Of a stretch of DNA of 64,000 nt, positions 59,158 to 64,000 are shown in pieces; the first letter of the stretch is position 1, and every line of letters begins with the position of its first letter. The stretch comes from a bacterium. GTDB taxonomy: Bacteria > Cyanobacteriota > Vampirovibrionia > Gastranaerophilales > Gastranaerophilaceae. A program made the translations under genes and the position numbers. Location of the stretch: contig JAFQOI010000049.1 of assembly GCA_017403285.1 (NCBI GenBank), forward strand, positions 1,288 to 65,287, given 5' to 3'. Under the pieces are notes generated by a model, which ran no database searches, was not told where the DNA came from, and saw nothing but the letters and a program-made list of their open reading frames with translations.

Positions 59158-59621
59158 TGTCCGTAACTATTACTTGTAATAATTTGCAAGATACAGAAAA
59201 TCTGGCAAAAAAGTTTGCAGGACTTGTAAAAGAGACTGGAGCATTTGTTTGTTTATTTGGAGATGTTGGAGCAGGAAAAACGGCATTTACAAAGTTCGTA
59301 TGTGGCTCTCTCGGTGTAAAAGAAAAGGTTACAAGTCCTAGTTTTGTTATATTAAACGAATATAAATCAGGCGAACTTCCAATTTATCATTTTGATTTAT
59401 ATAGACTTGAGAGAGAAGGAATTACAACAATAATTAATGAATTAGAAGAATATTCTTATGGAAAAATACTAACTTTTGTTGAATGGGCTGAATTTTCAGA
59501 AAATGCACTTCCTTTTGAAAAAATTGATGTTAATATAAAATATGTTAGTGAAAATGAAAGGGAATTTTGTTTCACTGCAACCGGAAAAATCAATGAAGAA
59601 ATCATCAATGGACTAAATTAA
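59157..59621 (+). CDS. tsaE: tRNA t6A biosynthesis ATPase TsaE
   Basis: It carries the P-loop GDVGAGKTAFTK and SPSF...Y....IYHFDLYRL. Confidence 0.88.
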   Translation: MSVTITCNNLQDTENLAKKFAGLVKETGAFVCLFGDVGAGKTAFTKFVCGSLGVKEKVTSPSFVILNEYKSGELPIYHFDLYRLEREGITTIINELEEYSYGKILTFVEWAEFSENALPFEKIDVNIKYVSENEREFCFTATGKINEEIINGLN

Positions 59622-60298
59622 TGAAATTACTAGTTTTTGATACTTGTTTTAACAAAACATATATTGTATTAAGGGAAGATGAAACAATTCTTACCTCAAA
59701 ATCGATTGAAAGCAATGATGAAAACTATCATAGCGCATATTTAATACCAGAAATAATAAATACACTTAAAGAACATAATATTTTAATAAAAGACTTAGAT
59801 GCTATCGGAGTCAATATTGGACCGGGAAGTTTTACAGGAATAAGGGCTGGAATTACAATTGCAAGAGTACTTGCGCAACAAACAAACATTAAATTAATAG
59901 GCGTACCATCTTCTCAAATTCTTGCAAAAATCAATAAACAAGCAACAAATACTCTTGTTCTTACTGATGCAAGAAAAAATAAAGTATACTTATCTTTGTA
60001 CAATTGTAATGGCAACGCACTAATGGAGCCAATGCTAGAAGATAAAGAAAAAATAACAGATTACATAAAAGAACAAACCCAAATCATTTCAGATAAATCT
60101 ATCGGAGAATTTCTTATAGAATTAGGATTTGACAGCATTCAATATGAAGAAAACGACAAAGATTTTGGACTATATCTGTCTGAAATATGCTATAAAGAAT
60201 TGATTAAAAAAAATAATGACTACAATTGGGCAAAAGTAAAACCATTATACATTCAACAACCATCAATAACGAGACCGAAGGCGGTTACAAATGTATAG
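59621..60298 (+). CDS. tsaB: tRNA t6A biosynthesis protein TsaB
   Basis: The motifs LVFDTC and GPGSFTGIRAGITIARVLA are present. Confidence 0.88.
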   Translation: MKLLVFDTCFNKTYIVLREDETILTSKSIESNDENYHSAYLIPEIINTLKEHNILIKDLDAIGVNIGPGSFTGIRAGITIARVLAQQTNIKLIGVPSSQILAKINKQATNTLVLTDARKNKVYLSLYNCNGNALMEPMLEDKEKITDYIKEQTQIISDKSIGEFLIELGFDSIQYEENDKDFGLYLSEICYKELIKKNNDYNWAKVKPLYIQQPSITRPKAVTNV

Positions 60299-60575
60299 AA
60301 TTGATTTTTCAGGTTGCTTAGTTTCTATTTTTATACTTCTTGTTATTGGATATTTAATAAAAGAGTTATGGTGGCTTATTGTTGGAATAATTGTCATTTT
60401 AATAGTATTATTCTACGCAAATCTGATTTATTACAACATTTCAAGCAAAAAAGCAGAAAAAGATGCAAATTACGACCCTGAAATGGGAGAAGTATACAAG
60501 GTATGTCCATATTGCAGTTCAAAAGTAAAAGTTACGGCGACTGTATGTCCTGTATGTAATCACGAATTAAATTAG
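60291..60575 (+). CDS. small membrane protein with C-terminal zinc ribbon
   Basis: Two hydrophobic helices are followed by CPYC...CPVC. Confidence 0.55.
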   Translation: MYRIDFSGCLVSIFILLVIGYLIKELWWLIVGIIVILIVLFYANLIYYNISSKKAEKDANYDPEMGEVYKVCPYCSSKVKVTATVCPVCNHELN

Positions 60576-60640
60576 ATAATATTTATATGATATTTTCAAT
60601 ATGATATTAGATGAAATACAAACATCTATAAGAAAATAAT

Positions 60641-60675
60641 AAAAAGAACCGCTTAATCTCTTAAGCGGCTCTTCT
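60641..60675 (-). terminator. intrinsic terminator downstream of hup
   Basis: The hairpin agaaccgcttaa-tctc-ttaagcggctct has a T-run on the minus strand. Confidence 0.65.
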
Positions 60676-60693
60676 ATATTAAATAAGATTCAA

Positions 60694-60966
60694 CTATTTA
60701 ACAGCATCTTTGAATTTTTTACCAGCAGAGAATGCAGGAACTGTTTTTGCAGCAATTTTAATTGCAGCGCCAGTTTGTGGGTTACGACCTGTTCTTGCTT
60801 TTCTTTTACGAGCTTCAAAAGTACCAAAGCCAACTAAAGTAACTTTTTTACCTTTAGCAACTGTTTTTTGTACTGTGTCAATTGTAGCACTTAAAACGTC
60901 TGCTGCTGCTTTTTGTGAAACTTTTGCTTTTTTTGCAACTTCTTTTACTAATTCTTCTTTGTTCAT
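60694..60966 (-). CDS. hup: DNA-binding protein HU
   Basis: 90 aa; MNKEELV...GFGTFEARKRKARTGRNPQTG matches the HU/IHF arm signature. Confidence 0.93.
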   Translation of the reverse strand: MNKEELVKEVAKKAKVSQKAAADVLSATIDTVQKTVAKGKKVTLVGFGTFEARKRKARTGRNPQTGAAIKIAAKTVPAFSAGKKFKDAVK

Positions 60967-61062
60967 AAGAACCTCCTCTTGTATTACAAGAACTATTATA
61001 CTTATATTTCAAGTTTTGGCAATAGTTTTAAGAAATATTATAAAAAAAATCCTATATTCTTA

Positions 61063-62604
61063 CTATTCTACAGTCAATATTACTATTTCTCCTGGTCTTA
61101 AAGTGGCATTATAATTGGATTTTTCAAGGCTCCCAAATTTTGCACTTTTTACAAAAGTAACTTTTGATTTTTTATTTATTTTTTGTATCTTAACCTTAAC
61201 ATTTTCAGTACTAACAAGGTTTCTATTGCATATAACTACAACTGATTTGCGATTATACTCTCTTTGATATGCAAATACTTTTTCATTGTTTGTCTTTAAT
61301 TTAATAAATTGCCCCTTTGTTATTACATCTTTAAAAGCATGCCTAATATCCATAGCCATTTTATGTTCATCTAATAAAATGTTAGAGTCACTTCCAGGTT
61401 TACGAGAGAAGTTAAAAATATCAATTTGACCTTGATGAACATAATAATATTCATCATCTGTATAAGTTTCATCAGCAAGTTTATTAGAATATTCATACAT
61501 ATAGTCATCAGCCTGTAAAAAACCGTCAATATAGTACGGATTTAACGGAAGAGTTGCATTTAACCAAATTATAATTTTAGAAAAGTTCTCTCCTCCTGTT
61601 AAAAGTGGACTAACAACATCATGCGTTTCAAAACTACCAATAACTGATTTCTTATCAGAATATTTTTTTAGTATTTTGTGTCTATTATGAACAGAATTGG
61701 ACAAATCTTCCATCTTTGTCCAATTTTTCAAATCAAAATAATCACCATAGTATCCATCAAAACCAGCCTCTAAAAGCTTCTTATAATCAGTAAAATATGC
61801 TTTTGAAGATGCAGGTTCTGTCCAAAGTTCAGATGCTTCTGCTAAAAATAAAAATCCTTTTTTTTGGTTCCTTGCATATTTAATTAATTCTTTCCAAAAA
61901 GCATAAGGTTTAATTGTCGCAACATCAGCTCTAATACCATCTGCGCCGATATCAATCATATAATCAACAAAAATTCTATGAAGAACATAAATATCAGAAC
62001 CAATTATTTCTTTTTCAGTATCTGGAACAGCAAAAAGACGAACATCTAACCAATCCGCAGGAATAATTGCATTCCCATCTGAATCTTGAACAAATAATTC
62101 TGGTCTATTTAAAAACAAATCATAAGAACCACAACTAGGGAGATCTATTAACACCCTTATATCTCTTTTATGGCATTCATCTATAAACTTTTTTGCCTGT
62201 TCTTTTGGCGATAAATCACATTTTTCATCAACTAACTGTAAATTAATACTGTGAAAATCAGAAAGTGCATACAATGAACCGGCGGTCCCTAATGCTTTTA
62301 TTTTACCAACAGGAGTTATAGGTAGCAAATGGATTGTATTAACCCCTAACTCTTTTAACTCATCCAATCTGGCAATAGCATTTATAAAAGTACCAACAGA
62401 TTCTGAGTCATATATATCAATAATGTCATTGCCATTAACATCATTTGCATTAAAAGTTCTAATATTTATTGCATATATTACTGCATTATTATTTTGAAAC
62501 AACTCTCTCATATCTGTTTCTAAAACTGGCTTATTTTTGGCCATTACAGAACTAGAAACTAAGAACATAATCGCAAGTAAAATAATTAATTTTTTAAAAA
62601 ACAT
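61063..62604 (-). CDS. secreted GH13 (alpha-amylase family) glycoside hydrolase
   Basis: It has a signal peptide. The GH13 conserved regions are present: GADGIRADVA (nucleophile Asp), FLFLAEASE (acid/base Glu) and SFETHD (region IV). Confidence 0.8.
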   Translation of the reverse strand: MFFKKLIILLAIMFLVSSSVMAKNKPVLETDMRELFQNNNAVIYAINIRTFNANDVNGNDIIDIYDSESVGTFINAIARLDELKELGVNTIHLLPITPVGKIKALGTAGSLYALSDFHSINLQLVDEKCDLSPKEQAKKFIDECHKRDIRVLIDLPSCGSYDLFLNRPELFVQDSDGNAIIPADWLDVRLFAVPDTEKEIIGSDIYVLHRIFVDYMIDIGADGIRADVATIKPYAFWKELIKYARNQKKGFLFLAEASELWTEPASSKAYFTDYKKLLEAGFDGYYGDYFDLKNWTKMEDLSNSVHNRHKILKKYSDKKSVIGSFETHDVVSPLLTGGENFSKIIIWLNATLPLNPYYIDGFLQADDYMYEYSNKLADETYTDDEYYYVHQGQIDIFNFSRKPGSDSNILLDEHKMAMDIRHAFKDVITKGQFIKLKTNNEKVFAYQREYNRKSVVVICNRNLVSTENVKVKIQKINKKSKVTFVKSAKFGSLEKSNYNATLRPGEIVILTVE

Positions 62605-62696
62605 TAATACACCTTCCTTTATATAGTTTATTATATGACATATTATTTTCTTTGTCTTATAATTTTTATGTAATGAATTTACACTAAGAGGCTTTT

Positions 62697-63731
62697 ATGA
62701 AAGAAAAATTAGAACTTATATTAAAAAATGCATCAGAAGAAATAACAAAATCTCAGTCAATACAAGAAATTGAAGATGTAAAACTAAAGTATTTAAGCAG
62801 AAAAGGCGAACTAAATTCAATTAAGAAGAATTTAAAAGACCTATCTGATGAGGATAAAAGAATCATAGGAGCACTAGCGAATAGTGTATCTAATCAACTT
62901 GATGAATTAATTTCAAAGAAAAATGAAGAATTATATAGAGTAGAATTAAATAAAAAACTACAAAATGAAAAAATAGACATAACATTACCATCTGATTTCA
63001 GACCACAAGGAAAAACACATCCATTAACACAAACAATTAATGAAATTGTAGAAATATTTCAAGGAATGGGTTTTTCGGTTATGCCATCAGAATTTAGTCC
63101 AGAAGTTGAGACTGAATATATTAACTTTGACATGCTAAACTTCCCGCCTGATCATCCAGCAAAAGATATGCAAGATACTTTTTATACAAAAGTAGCGCCA
63201 AATGTTATTTTAAGAAGCCAAACATCAGGTGCACAAATCAGACAAATGTTAAATCAAAAACCACCTGTTAGAGTAATTTCTCCAGGTAGAGTATACAGAT
63301 GCGAATCAGTAAGTGCAAGAAAAAACAACCTTTTCCATCAGATAGAAGGACTTATGGTTGATACAAATATTACATTTGGAGACCTAAAAGGAATTCTTAA
63401 TGAATTTGTAAGAATTTATTTTGGAGCTAATCGTCCTACTAGATTCAGAGCAAGTTACTTCCCATTTACTGAACCAAGTGCAGAAGTTGATGTTCAATGC
63501 ATTATGTGTGGAGGAAAGGGCTGTAGAACTTGTAGTGGAACTGGCTGGCTTGAAGTTTTAGGCGCAGGCATGGTACACGCAAATGTACTTAGAAACGTTG
63601 ATATCGACCCTGAAGTATATTCAGGATTTGCATTTGGCATGGGTGTTGAAAGATTAGCTATGCTAAAATATGCAATTAACGATATAAGACTTTTCTTCAA
63701 TAACGATGTTAGATTTTTAAATCAATTTTAG
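62697..63731 (+). CDS. pheS: phenylalanine--tRNA ligase alpha subunit
   Basis: HPAKDMQDTFY, FHQIEG and GFAFGMGVERLAML are the class II motifs. Confidence 0.93.
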   Translation: MKEKLELILKNASEEITKSQSIQEIEDVKLKYLSRKGELNSIKKNLKDLSDEDKRIIGALANSVSNQLDELISKKNEELYRVELNKKLQNEKIDITLPSDFRPQGKTHPLTQTINEIVEIFQGMGFSVMPSEFSPEVETEYINFDMLNFPPDHPAKDMQDTFYTKVAPNVILRSQTSGAQIRQMLNQKPPVRVISPGRVYRCESVSARKNNLFHQIEGLMVDTNITFGDLKGILNEFVRIYFGANRPTRFRASYFPFTEPSAEVDVQCIMCGGKGCRTCSGTGWLEVLGAGMVHANVLRNVDIDPEVYSGFAFGMGVERLAMLKYAINDIRLFFNNDVRFLNQF

Positions 63732-63734
63732 ATT

Positions 63735-64000
63735 ATGTTAGCAAAAAGAATTATTCCATGTCTTGACGTAAAAGACGGACAAACTGTAAAAGGTATAAAT
63801 TTTGAAAATCTCCGCTACGCAGGAGATCCTGTTAGTTTGGCAAAAAAATATTCAGATGAAGGTGCAGATGAACTTGTTTTTTTAGACATCACTGCAACTA
63901 ACGAAGGTAGACAAACCACTGTAAAAATGGTAGAAAAAGTTGCACAGCAAGTTTTTATCCCTTTTACTGTTGGTGGCGGTATAAAATCAATAGAGGATAT
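63735..64000 (+). CDS. hisF: imidazole glycerol phosphate synthase cyclase subunit HisF, N-terminal part (runs off window end)
   Basis: Hand translation from ATG 63735 gives [54 protein letters not shown]...PFTVGGGI. Confidence 0.88.
   Translation, partial: MLAKRIIPCLDVKDGQTVKGINFENLRYAGDPVSLAKKYSDEGADELVFLDITATNEGRQTTVKMVEKVAQQVFIPFTVGGGIKSIED

Overview
This is a visibly AT-rich (GC not computed), gene-dense chromosomal segment with about 65 protein genes, one tRNA and the RNase P RNA. I see no transposase, integrase, CRISPR array or prophage module. The gene content fits a diderm, strictly fermentative anaerobe. Envelope genes are BamA, Lgt, an LPS heptosyltransferase, an MlaD-like protein and a TonB-dependent receptor. 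Energy genes are a trimeric NuoE/NuoF-type [FeFe]-hydrogenase (HydC-HydB-HydA), a 2-oxoacid:ferredoxin oxidoreductase, FixCX and a glutamate dehydrogenase. Housekeeping genes are alr, leuS, metG, pheS, prfB, recJ, ruvX, nth, rph, dusB, tsaE/tsaB, queH, upp, pgeF, hup and hisF (partial). The VKOR-thioredoxin fusion, pheS without pheT, a ~800-aa RecJ and type-A RNase P RNA are compatible with a non-photosynthetic cyanobacterial relative (Melainabacteria/Gastranaerophilales-like), but this cannot be established here. The observations I rate highest are: (1) a structured, cobalamin-riboswitch-like leader in front of a TonB-receptor/ABC uptake operon whose last gene is a B12-binding-domain (class B) radical SAM enzyme; (2) a recurrent Ser/Asn-rich N-terminal tag ending in S/A-F-K/G on five (plus one weaker) otherwise unrelated orphan proteins, three of them clustered at 4.7-7.6 kb; (3) two paralogous radical SAM enzymes with an N-terminal Cys-rich extension; (4) a stand-alone ClpX-type zinc-finger protein heading an orphan operon that runs into ruvX; (5) a Met-codon-rich mini-ORF plus terminator in front of an orphan membrane protein; (6) a sigma-70-like gene broken by in-frame TAA codons. 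All functional calls rest on motif recognition by eye; no searches were run.
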